DNA from: a virus
Lineage: Duplodnaviria > Caudoviricetes
IMG/VR virus record: IMGVR_UViG_3300027672_001796
Length of the DNA: 64,000 nucleotides
Direction: 5' to 3' (one strand)
The position numbers were made by a program, and so were the translations under genes. Positions 35,396 through 45,451 of the stretch are shown piece after piece; the first letter of the stretch is position 1; the number at the start of each line of letters is the position of its first letter. The notes beneath the pieces were generated by a model. It was given only the letters and a program-made list of their open reading frames with translations. It had not been told where the DNA came from and ran no database searches.

Positions 35396-37675
35396 ATGCA
35401 GGTAATAAAAAGAGACGGCACGACAGAAGACTTAAACATAGACAAATTACACAGAGTAGTGATGTATGCATGTGAAGGTATTACTGGTGTGAGTGCTAGT
35501 GAAGTTGAGATACATTCACAGATCCAATTTTTCGATAAAATTGTAACTGAAAATATTCAAGAAACACTTATTAAAAGTGCCGCAGATTTAATATCTGAAG
35601 AGAATCCTAACTATCAATATGTAGCAGGAAGGTTAATTAACTATCACTTGCGTAAACAAGTGTACGGAACATTTACGCCTCCTTGCTTATGCGATATTAT
35701 CGACGATAATATTAGTGCTGGTTTTTATGATAGCGAATTTACAGAGCTATATACTAAAGAAGAAATTAATGAACTACAAACGTTCATAGACCATAACAGA
35801 GATGAGTTTTTAACTTATGCGGCTATGGAACAATTCCGTGGCAAGTACCTAGTACAAAATAGAAGCACAGGCAAAATTTACGAAACGCCACAAGTAGCAT
35901 ACATGATGATTGCGGCTACATTGTTTGGTAAGTATCCTGCAAATACTAGAATGAAGTATGTTAAAGATTACTATGATGCTATCAGTACTTTTAAAATTTC
36001 CTTGCCTACACCGGTAATGGCTGGAGTTAGAACTCCACAAAGACAGTTTAGCAGTTGCGTACTTATTGAGACTGGTGACAGTTTAGATAGTTTGAATGCT
36101 ACGACAAGTGCTATTGTTAAGTATGTTAGTCAAAAAGCAGGTATTGGTATTGGCGCAGGAAGTATTAGAGCAATTGGCTCGCCTATTAGAAATGGAGATG
36201 CAACCCACACAGGAGTTATCCCATTCTTTAAACTATTCCAGTCAGCAGTTAAGTCATGCTCACAAGGCGGAGTAAGAGGCGGAGCGGCAACATTATACTA
36301 TCCGTTATGGCATTTAGAAGTAGAAGATTTACTCGTACTTAAAAACAATAAAGGCACAGAAGACAATCGTGTTAGACACATGGACTATGGTGTACAGTTT
36401 AACAAATTAATGTATGAGCGTCTATTAAGTGGCGGAAGTATCACATTGTTCTCGCCTAAAGATGTTCCAGGACTGTATGATTCATTCTTCGAAGACCAAG
36501 ACAAGTTTAAAGAGTTATACGAAAAAGCAGAACGTATGACAAGTATTAATAAGAAAAGCATTCCAGCAATTGATTTGTTCAGTGCTTTTGTAACAGAAAG
36601 AAAAGACACAGGTAGAATTTACTTAATGAATGTTGACCATGCAAACACACATGGCTCATTTATTGAAGACCTAGCACCTATACATCAAAGTAATTTATGT
36701 TGTGAGATTGATTTACCTACTAAGCCGTTAAATGATATTAACGATGAAGAAGGTGAGATTAGTTTATGTACATTAAGTGCAGTCAATTGGGGTGCTATTA
36801 AAACACCTGAGCAAATGCATAAAATTACTAACTTAGCCGTTAGAGCATTAGACGAGCTACTAGATTATCAAGACTATCCAGTTAGAGCGGCTGAACTCAG
36901 CACTTATAACAGACGTCCGTTAGGCGTAGGCATTATTAACTTTGCATACTGGTTGGCTAAAAATAATACATCGTATCAAGATCCAGATTTTGAATTAATT
37001 GATACGTGGGCAGAAGCATGGAGTTATGGACTTATTAAAGCCAGTAACGACCTAGCAATAGAAAAAGGTGCATGTCCTAAGAACATGGAAACAAAATACG
37101 GACACGGCATTACACCTAACCAAACATACAAGAAAGATGTCGACGAATTAGTTAAACATAAAGAACGTATGGATTGGAAAGGTCTTAGAGCTAGTTTAAA
37201 AGAACACGGTATTCGTAACTCGACACTAATGGCACTTATGCCAGCTGAAACATCAGCACAAATTAGTAACAGTACAAACGGCATTGAGCCACCACGCAGT
37301 TTTGTAAGTATCAAACAAAGTAAGCATGGTGTATTAAAGCAAGTAGTACCAGGCTATCCTAGACTGAAAAACAAGTATGACCTACTGTGGGATCAGAAGA
37401 GTCCACAAGGTTACTTAAAAATTATGGCTGTATTACAGAAGTATATAGACCAGGGTATTAGTGTTAATACTAGTTACAACCCAGAACACTACGAAGACGA
37501 TAAAGTTCCTATGAGCGTATTGCTACAAGATATCATTACTTTTTATAAATATGGTGGCAAGCAATTGTATTACAATAATACACATGACGGGCAAGGCGAG
37601 ATAGACATCAATAAAGATGATCCATTACCACTTACGGAAATAGAAGAAGATGATTGCGACAGTTGTAAAATATAA
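35396..37675 (+). CDS. nrdA: Ribonucleotide reductase class Ia alpha subunit
   Basis: ATP-cone MQVIKRDG, PTPVMAG, QFSSC, SNLCCEI, LCTLSA, LMPAETSAQISNSTNGIEP, KQLYY, CDSCKI. Confidence 0.98.
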   Translation: MQVIKRDGTTEDLNIDKLHRVVMYACEGITGVSASEVEIHSQIQFFDKIVTENIQETLIKSAADLISEENPNYQYVAGRLINYHLRKQVYGTFTPPCLCDIIDDNISAGFYDSEFTELYTKEEINELQTFIDHNRDEFLTYAAMEQFRGKYLVQNRSTGKIYETPQVAYMMIAATLFGKYPANTRMKYVKDYYDAISTFKISLPTPVMAGVRTPQRQFSSCVLIETGDSLDSLNATTSAIVKYVSQKAGIGIGAGSIRAIGSPIRNGDATHTGVIPFFKLFQSAVKSCSQGGVRGGAATLYYPLWHLEVEDLLVLKNNKGTEDNRVRHMDYGVQFNKLMYERLLSGGSITLFSPKDVPGLYDSFFEDQDKFKELYEKAERMTSINKKSIPAIDLFSAFVTERKDTGRIYLMNVDHANTHGSFIEDLAPIHQSNLCCEIDLPTKPLNDINDEEGEISLCTLSAVNWGAIKTPEQMHKITNLAVRALDELLDYQDYPVRAAELSTYNRRPLGVGIINFAYWLAKNNTSYQDPDFELIDTWAEAWSYGLIKASNDLAIEKGACPKNMETKYGHGITPNQTYKKDVDELVKHKERMDWKGLRASLKEHGIRNSTLMALMPAETSAQISNSTNGIEPPRSFVSIKQSKHGVLKQVVPGYPRLKNKYDLLWDQKSPQGYLKIMAVLQKYIDQGISVNTSYNPEHYEDDKVPMSVLLQDIITFYKYGGKQLYYNNTHDGQGEIDINKDDPLPLTEIEEDDCDSCKI

Positions 37676-38766
37676 TGTCAGTATTTAAGGCAAATAAAAA
37701 ACGTGACCACAATAAGGTCAAAATGTTCCTCGATGGGAATGTGGATATCCAACGGTATGATGTACTAAAGTACAAACAATTTGATAAACTAACCGATAAG
37801 CAGTTAGGTTTCTTTTGGCGCCCAGAAGAAGTAGATATTTTAAAAGATGCTAAAGACTTCAAAGACTTAACAGACTTTGAAAGACATATTTTTACAAGTA
37901 ATCTCAAAAGACAGATACTACTTGATAGTGTGCAAGGACGCTCACCTAATCTTGCTTTCTTGCCTATAGTAAGTTTGCCAGAGTTAGAGACATGGATTGA
38001 GACTTGGGCATTTAGTGAAACTATCCACAGCAGAAGTTATACACATATTATTAGAAATGTCTTCTCGAATCCGAGTAAGGTGTTCGACGAGTTACTAGAC
38101 ATTAAAGAGATTGTTGAATGTGCAGATAGTATATCATCAAACTATGATAGACTAATGGATTACAACGACCTCCGCAAACGTGGTCTTACAAGTTACGATG
38201 AATACGAACACAAAAAACGTATTTGGTTGTGTTTAATGAGTGTTAACATTTTAGAAGGTGTACGTTTTTATGTATCCTTTGCATGTAGTTGGGCCTTTGC
38301 TGAACTTAAAAAAATGGAAGGCAATGCTAAAATTATTAAACTAATTGCTAGAGATGAAAACGTTCACTTGGCAAGTACACAGCAAATGCTAAAGTTACTG
38401 CCGTTAGAAGACAAGGACTTTGCTAAGATTAAACTAGAAACAGCAGACGAATGTAAGCAAATGTTTGTAGATGCTGTTGAGCAAGAAAAAACATGGGCTG
38501 ACTACTTATTTAAAGATGGTAGCATTATTGGACTCAACGCAGAACTGTTAAAACAGTATGTAGAGTTTATTGCTGGCAAACGAATGAGAGCAGTAGGCAT
38601 AGCATCAGATTACAACACTGGCACAAACCCTCTACCTTGGACAATGTCTTGGATAGCAGGAGGTAGTGTCCAAGTTGCACCACAGGAGACCGAGATTAGT
38701 TCGTATGTTATTGGTGGCACTAAGCAAGACATCGACAACGAAACACTAAAAGGGTTCTCGTTATAA
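37675..38766 (+). CDS. nrdB: Ribonucleotide reductase class Ia beta subunit
   Basis: FFWRPEE, QILLDSVQ, ETIHSRSY, LEGVRFYVSF, IARDENVH, QVAPQETEISSY. Confidence 0.98.
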   Translation: MSVFKANKKRDHNKVKMFLDGNVDIQRYDVLKYKQFDKLTDKQLGFFWRPEEVDILKDAKDFKDLTDFERHIFTSNLKRQILLDSVQGRSPNLAFLPIVSLPELETWIETWAFSETIHSRSYTHIIRNVFSNPSKVFDELLDIKEIVECADSISSNYDRLMDYNDLRKRGLTSYDEYEHKKRIWLCLMSVNILEGVRFYVSFACSWAFAELKKMEGNAKIIKLIARDENVHLASTQQMLKLLPLEDKDFAKIKLETADECKQMFVDAVEQEKTWADYLFKDGSIIGLNAELLKQYVEFIAGKRMRAVGIASDYNTGTNPLPWTMSWIAGGSVQVAPQETEISSYVIGGTKQDIDNETLKGFSL

Positions 38767-38770
38767 GGTT

Positions 38771-39397
38771 ATGAAAACGGCATCAGTTACCGGAGCATCA
38801 AATGGAATTGGCAAAGCAATAGTAGACTTGCTAAAACTCAATCAGTATTCTGTACTGGAATTTGATATAGAAAGGGATATAAGCGTTCCTGAAAATAGAC
38901 AGTATATAGTTAACGAATCTATAGATTGTGATGTGTTTATTAACAATGCCTGGACCAGTACCATTTCACCTGAAAGTCAACTTGATATGTTTCAAGATTT
39001 TGTAACAGCATGGCATGATGACAAAGACAAGCATATTATAAACATGGGATCGCTAATGAAATCTACTCCACAATGGCTTATCGGCAAAGCGAATGAAGAT
39101 GAAGACGATCATCAATTTATCGATAAACGCCGACGTGCCAATATATACAGAGTGTCTAAAAAAGATTTATATAAACATACTATCTTAAAACATTTAGATG
39201 CAAGTATACTATGCAAAATATCAATAGCACAACCAGGGTTTACTAAAACAGAATTTGCACAAGAATATATGTTTTCACCTGGCAGAGACCATCAAGAAAT
39301 GATAGAAGTGATGCAACCAGCCCAAGTAGCCAGGCAGATATTGGATATAATAGAATCACCCGTGCATGTAATAGAAACAAGTTTCAGATTAAGATGA
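38771..39397 (+). CDS. Short-chain dehydrogenase/reductase-like protein
   Basis: VTGASNGIG, VFINNA, INMGS, YRVSK. Confidence 0.75.
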   Translation: MKTASVTGASNGIGKAIVDLLKLNQYSVLEFDIERDISVPENRQYIVNESIDCDVFINNAWTSTISPESQLDMFQDFVTAWHDDKDKHIINMGSLMKSTPQWLIGKANEDEDDHQFIDKRRRANIYRVSKKDLYKHTILKHLDASILCKISIAQPGFTKTEFAQEYMFSPGRDHQEMIEVMQPAQVARQILDIIESPVHVIETSFRLR

Positions 39398-39999
39398 AAA
39401 CGGTAGCGATCACTGGTCATCTTAATGGTATTGGTAAAGCAACTAATGATTTACTAATAGCTAATGGCTATACTGTTAAAGGTTTTGACATTGAGCATGA
39501 TATTAACGATCCCGAACAACGCTTTTCAATTCTAGAACAATCTAGAGATTGTGATATCTTTATCAATAACGCCGTTGGAAAAAAAGACTCGCAAAATATT
39601 ATGTTTGAATTATTCTTTAACGAATGGAAACGTGATAAATCAAAACATATTCTCTCGGTCGGGTCTCTGATGAAATACTTTAACAGTAGAGGAGATGTTA
39701 TTAACAGAAACGTTTTATTACATCCACCGGACTATGTAGCAACAAAGAAAAAACTTAATAACCAAACAATTGTAGCTTCAAACCAACCAGATACGGAATG
39801 TCAGCTAGGCATAATTCAGCCTGGGTTTGTATATACCGAATTTATATCATCGATAATAGAAGAAAAAAACGATCTGCCGGCTTTGACGGCAGACAATGTC
39901 GCAGACAAGATTTTGTATATGATAGAAGCTGAAGAAGAGATAGTTGAACTCACATATAGAGTAAGAGGCTCTTTCAAACAATATAGAGATGATAAATAA
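39394..39999 (+). CDS. Short-chain dehydrogenase/reductase-like protein (tandem paralogue)
   Basis: ITGHLNGIG, IFINNA, LSVGS, YVATK, QPGFV. Confidence 0.75.
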   Translation: MKTVAITGHLNGIGKATNDLLIANGYTVKGFDIEHDINDPEQRFSILEQSRDCDIFINNAVGKKDSQNIMFELFFNEWKRDKSKHILSVGSLMKYFNSRGDVINRNVLLHPPDYVATKKKLNNQTIVASNQPDTECQLGIIQPGFVYTEFISSIIEEKNDLPALTADNVADKILYMIEAEEEIVELTYRVRGSFKQYRDDK

Positions 40000-40061
40000 A
40001 TAATATGATATGTTTAGCAATTTTAATGATAATGACACAATTAGTATATTAGGAAAAAAGT

Positions 40062-40325
40062 ATGCCAGGAGTAACTAGAGTCGGAAAAGATACAGCAAAA
40101 GGTTCCATTTTAGGGACCGGTGCAAGTACGGTATTCACAGAAGGCTCAAGAACAAGTTTACTAGGTGACAAAGTTGCACCTCACGGCAAACCTCCCCACA
40201 CCGCTCCAACTATAGTTAAATCCAGTACAACAGTATTTGCTGAAGGTAAAGGAGTTGTTAGAAAAGGCGACCCTGCCACGTGTGCTCATACCGCCACTGG
40301 CTCTAGTACCGTATTTTCCGGATAA
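40062..40325 (+). CDS. PAAR-motif spike-tip protein (T4 gp5.4-like)
   Basis: MPGVTRVGKD, HGKPPH, STTVFAEGKGVVRKGD...CAH...GSSTVF. Confidence 0.9.
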   Translation: MPGVTRVGKDTAKGSILGTGASTVFTEGSRTSLLGDKVAPHGKPPHTAPTIVKSSTTVFAEGKGVVRKGDPATCAHTATGSSTVFSG

Positions 40326-40354
40326 TATAACCTAAAAACAGATAAGTATTAACT

Positions 40355-41497
40355 ATGCTGTTAATTCAATTCAACACCTCGATAGATATTTCAATTTTCC
40401 CTGTTGAGATAATTCAAACATTTAAACATGACACATATCTTATTGATTTGAACTTGACCGATTATAGTACAATTAACTATATAACAAGCAACTATGACAT
40501 ACTAAGTATGCAAAGCAATGCTGATATGCCGTATATCGACGTATACGAAGCTCATACAACGTCATACACCAACGTTACAACCGAAGACACACTTGCGCCA
40601 CTTATAGAAAAACTTGACCTACTGAGCATGGCAGAGCCCCATATAGTATGCTTTAGTTGGACAACAGACCGTAACTATATATTAGATTACCGTGTTAAAA
40701 AACTATTAGAAGCTGGATTTTTAGTTGTTTGTGGCGGCGGAAATGCAGACTTACCTATAACAGATGTAAGCCCAGTTGCAGTAGACGGTGTAATTAGAGT
40801 AGGTGGAAACAAATACAACGGACAATATCAAAACTGGATAGACATATATGATGTAACTGTTCCAGATGTGCCTAACACTCATGAAGCGGCACACATAGTA
40901 TGCGAACTAATGATTAATAAGAATTTAGAACTAGATTACAGTTTAGGATTTTATAGCGAAAGTACTATTCGTAGTGCGCCATGGCCTCTTAGACTCGCAC
41001 AAACGCCCAGCACAGCAATTAAATACTATGAATTTATGCCTGTATCCAATTTGCGATACTTTAGCGGAGAGCATTTATTACCAGTTAGAGAAGGCGACAC
41101 AGTAAGTGTACTGTATGGCGGAGTTCCACTAGAAGACTTTACAAGCCCAAGGAACATTCAACTAGACACTACAGTACCAAGAGGGTGTACATTTAACACA
41201 CAAAGTGGTTGGCTGTACGGCACATTTAAATTTAAAGTACCTATGTTCCATAGATTTTTAGCAGACATAAATGGGCAGTTATTCGAGTATCACATTATAA
41301 GTGCTGACGCAGATACTAAGCCAGACTTTGCAGAATGTAAACAAAAATATTTAAACCAGCCATACGATGCTCCACCATTTACTATGAGAGAGTATTGGGT
41401 GCCTATGGCAAGACCTATTAAACTATTAGAGCCAGGCGACCCATTTATTAGAACTTTTAATTTAAACGACTTACATTTATATAGGAGTTACGAATGA
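40355..41497 (+). CDS. Degenerate subtilase (S8)-like protein
   Basis: VCFSW...LLEAGFLVVCGGGN...SPVAVDGVIRVGG follows the subtilisin core; catalytic D/H/S motifs not recognisable. Confidence 0.5.
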   Translation: MLLIQFNTSIDISIFPVEIIQTFKHDTYLIDLNLTDYSTINYITSNYDILSMQSNADMPYIDVYEAHTTSYTNVTTEDTLAPLIEKLDLLSMAEPHIVCFSWTTDRNYILDYRVKKLLEAGFLVVCGGGNADLPITDVSPVAVDGVIRVGGNKYNGQYQNWIDIYDVTVPDVPNTHEAAHIVCELMINKNLELDYSLGFYSESTIRSAPWPLRLAQTPSTAIKYYEFMPVSNLRYFSGEHLLPVREGDTVSVLYGGVPLEDFTSPRNIQLDTTVPRGCTFNTQSGWLYGTFKFKVPMFHRFLADINGQLFEYHIISADADTKPDFAECKQKYLNQPYDAPPFTMREYWVPMARPIKLLEPGDPFIRTFNLNDLHLYRSYE

Positions 41498-42450
41498 GAG
41501 GTGTAACTTTTAGTGAATTCGCCGGCGGACAAAATGTAGAAATGTTTTTACATGCTCCTACACAATTACCTGGCACACCAATGCAAGAAGCTGTTAAGAC
41601 AGCAATAACCATTAGAGAAAAATATACAAAAGATTTATATGTATGGTGTGATTATAGTGTACAACATATCTATTCACAGATAGCCATGCAGGCTTTTACA
41701 ATGGCAGACATTCCATTTGTAGCCGCAATACCAGTTTTAAGTAATAACCTTAGTAAACGTGAAAACGATTGTACTATTGCATATTGCGAACAGCGAAATA
41801 TACCGTACAAACTTTTCCATATAGATGTTCCTGCATTTTTTGACAGTGAAGAGTTTGAATTACACGGAGAAACATTCCCAACAACCCAACCACAGATGAC
41901 TATAGTTGGCAAGTTCTTTTCCATGCTACCGGATTGTTGCGTAGTGTATCCCGGATTTATGATGCACATAAGTAATAGTGATTGGACAAGAACTAAGAAC
42001 AATGGCTTTATGCCTTTTGTTCCACATGTAACACAAGAACATGCGGCTGAACACCATGGGCTAGAATATACAAATTTCCAAGAGCATTATGTTGACATGT
42101 ATACTAGTTGGATGTTTACCCAAAGTTATGGCGAAGTATTAAAGTCGGCAACACAGGAATTTGTTGACAATGCACCACATAGATATTATCAATATGAGAT
42201 GCGAACAATTAAACAAGCTGGGTTTGATATTAAACCAACAACAAACAAGCTAATTGGCATTGAAAAACTCAAAAGTCACTTCGGTCATGATAAATATGAT
42301 AAAGAGCTACGTCAACGTCTAGTACCATTTAGCCCACTAACCTTGAAGTATGCCAGTTTACAATACACAGTAAAAGTAGACACAAAGCTGAAGGAGATGT
42401 TGCAAACATACCATGAGACGAATTTTGAATTCTTTAACAAACTTTTTTAA
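41494..42450 (+). CDS. Adenine-nucleotide alpha-hydrolase (PP-loop)-like protein with altered loop
   Basis: Layout LYVW...S...F...IPF...N...YCEQRNIPY...IDV..FF and terminal KLIGIE recalled for phage PP-loop proteins; SGGxDS absent. Confidence 0.4.
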   Translation: MRGVTFSEFAGGQNVEMFLHAPTQLPGTPMQEAVKTAITIREKYTKDLYVWCDYSVQHIYSQIAMQAFTMADIPFVAAIPVLSNNLSKRENDCTIAYCEQRNIPYKLFHIDVPAFFDSEEFELHGETFPTTQPQMTIVGKFFSMLPDCCVVYPGFMMHISNSDWTRTKNNGFMPFVPHVTQEHAAEHHGLEYTNFQEHYVDMYTSWMFTQSYGEVLKSATQEFVDNAPHRYYQYEMRTIKQAGFDIKPTTNKLIGIEKLKSHFGHDKYDKELRQRLVPFSPLTLKYASLQYTVKVDTKLKEMLQTYHETNFEFFNKLF

Positions 42451-43246
42451 CGATAAAGCAAAAGCAAACTTTTGGCTTTACACCTTACCGGTCCAATTAG
42501 TAGGCTGGTGCATAATTCCTATTATGGCATACAACGGCGATTGGAATTACTTATGGTTAAGTCTTATAACATATTTCTTGTTTGGATGTGTGGGAATGGC
42601 TATAGGACTACACAGATATTGGGGCCATGCATGTACTGAGATGCCTAAATGGAAAGAACGTATAATGACAACGTGTAGTGTGTTTAATGGATACGGCGCA
42701 ATCTTCCCTTGGGTTATGATACATACCTCTGGACACCATAAGAACGCAGACAAAGAAGGAGACCCACATAGTCCACTACAAGGATTTTGGCATGCCTTTT
42801 TAACATGGCATAGGGAACAAAAATATTTCGACCAGCACATTGATAGAAGAGTGCTAGTCACATACATTAGGCGCGGATTTGTAAACGACAAATACTACCA
42901 GTTCTTAAATGACAATCATTTAGCAATTAACTACGGAACAGTATTATTAGCATGGTTATTGTTTGGCTGGCAAGTTGCACTATACGGTATTGTGTTCGGT
43001 ATATGGTCAACACTAATGAATACAAGTACGGTAACAGCACTAAGTCATTACAGTTGGTTTGGGTATAAAAACTTTGAAACTAAAGACAATAGTGTAAACA
43101 ATAGAGTAGGCGCAATACTTACATGGGGCGAAATGCTACATAACAATCATCACAGATATTGGAATGCACAAAGCAACAGCCACCATTGGAGTGAAATAGA
43201 TATGAGTGGGTGGGTTATAAAATATCTACTCAAGAAGAAAGACTGA
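42413..43246 (+). CDS. Membrane fatty-acyl desaturase (delta-9/OLE1-like) 1
   Basis: His boxes HRYWGH, HTSGHH, HNNHH; DPHSP, GE..HNNHH, D. Confidence 0.9.
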   Translation: MRRILNSLTNFFNDKAKANFWLYTLPVQLVGWCIIPIMAYNGDWNYLWLSLITYFLFGCVGMAIGLHRYWGHACTEMPKWKERIMTTCSVFNGYGAIFPWVMIHTSGHHKNADKEGDPHSPLQGFWHAFLTWHREQKYFDQHIDRRVLVTYIRRGFVNDKYYQFLNDNHLAINYGTVLLAWLLFGWQVALYGIVFGIWSTLMNTSTVTALSHYSWFGYKNFETKDNSVNNRVGAILTWGEMLHNNHHRYWNAQSNSHHWSEIDMSGWVIKYLLKKKD

Positions 43247-44013
43247 TGTTATTTTACTTAATATTCTTTCCAATTGCTCTTGCAAGTTTAGGCTGGAGTC
43301 TATTTAATGGTAGTTTAGAATTATGGGTAGCAACATCCATATTTACATTTTTATACAGTGGATATGGAATTAGTGTTGGCTTCCACAGATTACTAAGTCA
43401 CGGAACATTTAAAACATCTGAAACTATACGAAAGTTATTGTTATTTTGGGGATGTCAAGGAGCTCAAGGCTCACCGGTCACATGGAGTTTGATACATAAT
43501 AGAAGTCATCATGCTTACACGGATACAGACAGAGATGTACATACACCAACAAAAGGTATATGGTATTCATTATTTGGATGGATATTTCACAAAGAGAACC
43601 ACGAATTTGCACGAAAAGAATTGTTTAAGATTAGAAAGCAATTAGATCCGTTTGCATTGTGGTGCCATAAAAATTATAATATGTTAATCATATTGAACTT
43701 GGTAGTTATTGGATTACTAAGCGGATATATGTTTGGCGGCAGATTTGTACTTGCAAGTTTAAATGCAAGTATTTTAAGTGTGGTAATAAGTGGTATAGTT
43801 AATTGGCTAGGTCACTACCCTATTAAAGGATTAACATACACAGACTACAAAATGAATAACAAAAGCACAAACAATCCTTGGGCAGTATTTTTAACATGGG
43901 GTGAAAGTTTACACAACAACCATCATGCAAATCCAAGGAGATTAAGTTTCGCCACTAGATGGTATGAATTGGATGTTGGATTATGGATGATAAACCTAAT
44001 AAAGAAATCTTAA
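43246..44013 (+). CDS. Membrane fatty-acyl desaturase (delta-9/OLE1-like) 2
   Basis: His boxes HRLLSH, HNRSHH, HNNHH; QGSPVTW; ATG overlaps the upstream TGA. Confidence 0.9.
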   Translation: MLFYLIFFPIALASLGWSLFNGSLELWVATSIFTFLYSGYGISVGFHRLLSHGTFKTSETIRKLLLFWGCQGAQGSPVTWSLIHNRSHHAYTDTDRDVHTPTKGIWYSLFGWIFHKENHEFARKELFKIRKQLDPFALWCHKNYNMLIILNLVVIGLLSGYMFGGRFVLASLNASILSVVISGIVNWLGHYPIKGLTYTDYKMNNKSTNNPWAVFLTWGESLHNNHHANPRRLSFATRWYELDVGLWMINLIKKS

Positions 44014-44585
44014 GAACTTTCTTTGATGGCAAAATAGGCTGTATTGAGTACAGCGAAAAATGGCGTCCTCAATTGGAAGAATTTTGCCGTGTAGCAAAAG
44101 ACTTAGGATATGTTAATAACGAATCACCTGAAGCAATGAAAGTAGATGAAATACAATACCATTGTATGATTCATATCCCAACAAACAGAATATATGCCGT
44201 AGCTGGTGTACAATATATGCCTGAATATAGAGAAGGATACTATCGTATCTGGACTAGGCTTTCTAGAATACCAATGGAAGATATACCAATGACCAGGATG
44301 ACCAGATACGGACGAGGCGAAATGCCTGAGTTTGACGGTCTACTGTATTTTAATTGTGACTGGGCCTGGAAACAATCTAATTGTAAAGCAACATTTGGCA
44401 CAACACTAGCCAACAAAGCCTATGCAGATAATTATGTTAGAAGTGCAAACACTATAACAGATTATGTTGCAAAGAACTGGTGGAGAAGGAAAGGCATAGC
44501 AACACCAGAAGGTATGACAGAATTTTATGGAGTTCCACAAGTAGTTTGGAATATGCATTTTGATAAATTTAAGGAGTTGTCGTGA
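43983..44585 (+). CDS. Putative GNAT-fold acyltransferase
   Basis: YAVAGV...YYRIWTRL pattern typical of GNAT beta3-beta4; weak. Confidence 0.4.
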   Translation: MDDKPNKEILRTFFDGKIGCIEYSEKWRPQLEEFCRVAKDLGYVNNESPEAMKVDEIQYHCMIHIPTNRIYAVAGVQYMPEYREGYYRIWTRLSRIPMEDIPMTRMTRYGRGEMPEFDGLLYFNCDWAWKQSNCKATFGTTLANKAYADNYVRSANTITDYVAKNWWRRKGIATPEGMTEFYGVPQVVWNMHFDKFKELS

Positions 44586-45439
44586 ACAACGTAAAAAGAG
44601 TTATTTTTGATGTACAGAGTGCTAAGAACATCTTTTGGGACGATACCCCAATTAGAGTTGGAGCATTATTAACAATACCAGATAAGTTTAAAGGCAACCA
44701 ACCGTTATGTATTATAAGTCATGGTTCAGGTGGACTTGGTGCTGATACTGATTTATTTGTAGACAGTCTAGGTAAACATGGTATTGCCACATTATGTGTC
44801 GATAGTTTTACAGGCAGAAGCATGGAAGCCATTGGATGGAATGACTTTAGCAGTTATGTAAGTCCAAAGATGAGAGCAATGGAAACAGTAGAAGCATACA
44901 AGTTCTTATGTGATAACCACAAGAATATGTTCGCTGGCATAGATTTACAACGTATAGCATTTGTAGGATTTAGTTGGGGAGCAGATTCAGTAGCAAATGT
45001 CATTGCCCACTATAGCGAAATACTACCTAAGAAAACATTCTTTTCATTATGCTATGGGAACTTATGGCCCTTTGAGCAAGAGTTTTACAAAGCAAAAGAC
45101 TGGGACGTTACATGCTACCACGGTGCAGATGACCTTTGGACTAGTGCAGAAAAAAGTAAAATATTTGCACAAGAAACAAACAGTCAATTTGTAGAGTTTA
45201 TGGGCGTAACACATGGATTCACAAAGCCTGGATATAAGAAAGAAATAGCAAAGCAAGTGATAATAAATCATCATGCAGACTTTCCAGTACCCACAGACCT
45301 AAAGCAAGTGTACAGCTGGATACAAAAGGGCAAAGTTTGGGAAGATACTGAATGGAAGAAAGTAGATGCCCCATTAGACTATGACCAAATGGCAACAGAA
45401 AGAGTATTAGCGGATATAGTTAACAAACTCAAATCATAG
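44582..45439 (+). CDS. Alpha/beta hydrolase, dienelactone-hydrolase family
   Basis: IISHGSGG, nucleophile elbow GFSWG, HGADD, HGF. Confidence 0.8.
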   Translation: MNNVKRVIFDVQSAKNIFWDDTPIRVGALLTIPDKFKGNQPLCIISHGSGGLGADTDLFVDSLGKHGIATLCVDSFTGRSMEAIGWNDFSSYVSPKMRAMETVEAYKFLCDNHKNMFAGIDLQRIAFVGFSWGADSVANVIAHYSEILPKKTFFSLCYGNLWPFEQEFYKAKDWDVTCYHGADDLWTSAEKSKIFAQETNSQFVEFMGVTHGFTKPGYKKEIAKQVIINHHADFPVPTDLKQVYSWIQKGKVWEDTEWKKVDAPLDYDQMATERVLADIVNKLKS

Positions 45440-45446
45440 ATAAATA
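45439..45446 (+). promoter_or_regulatory. Late promoter, 5 nt before ATG
   Basis: GATAAATA-caagt-ATG. Confidence 0.6.
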
Positions 45447-45451
45447 CAAGT

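Noticed and set aside
35396-38766. Introns or inteins in nrdA/nrdB
   Set aside because: Both ORFs are continuous and of normal length (760 and 363 aa), with no intein or homing-endonuclease motifs.
42413-44013. Calling the phage a cyanophage because of desaturases, def and thyX
   Set aside because: No photosynthesis or cyanobacteria-specific genes in the window; c4-type cytochrome, SutA-like and DUF2970-like genes point instead to a proteobacterial host, though the host remains unproven.
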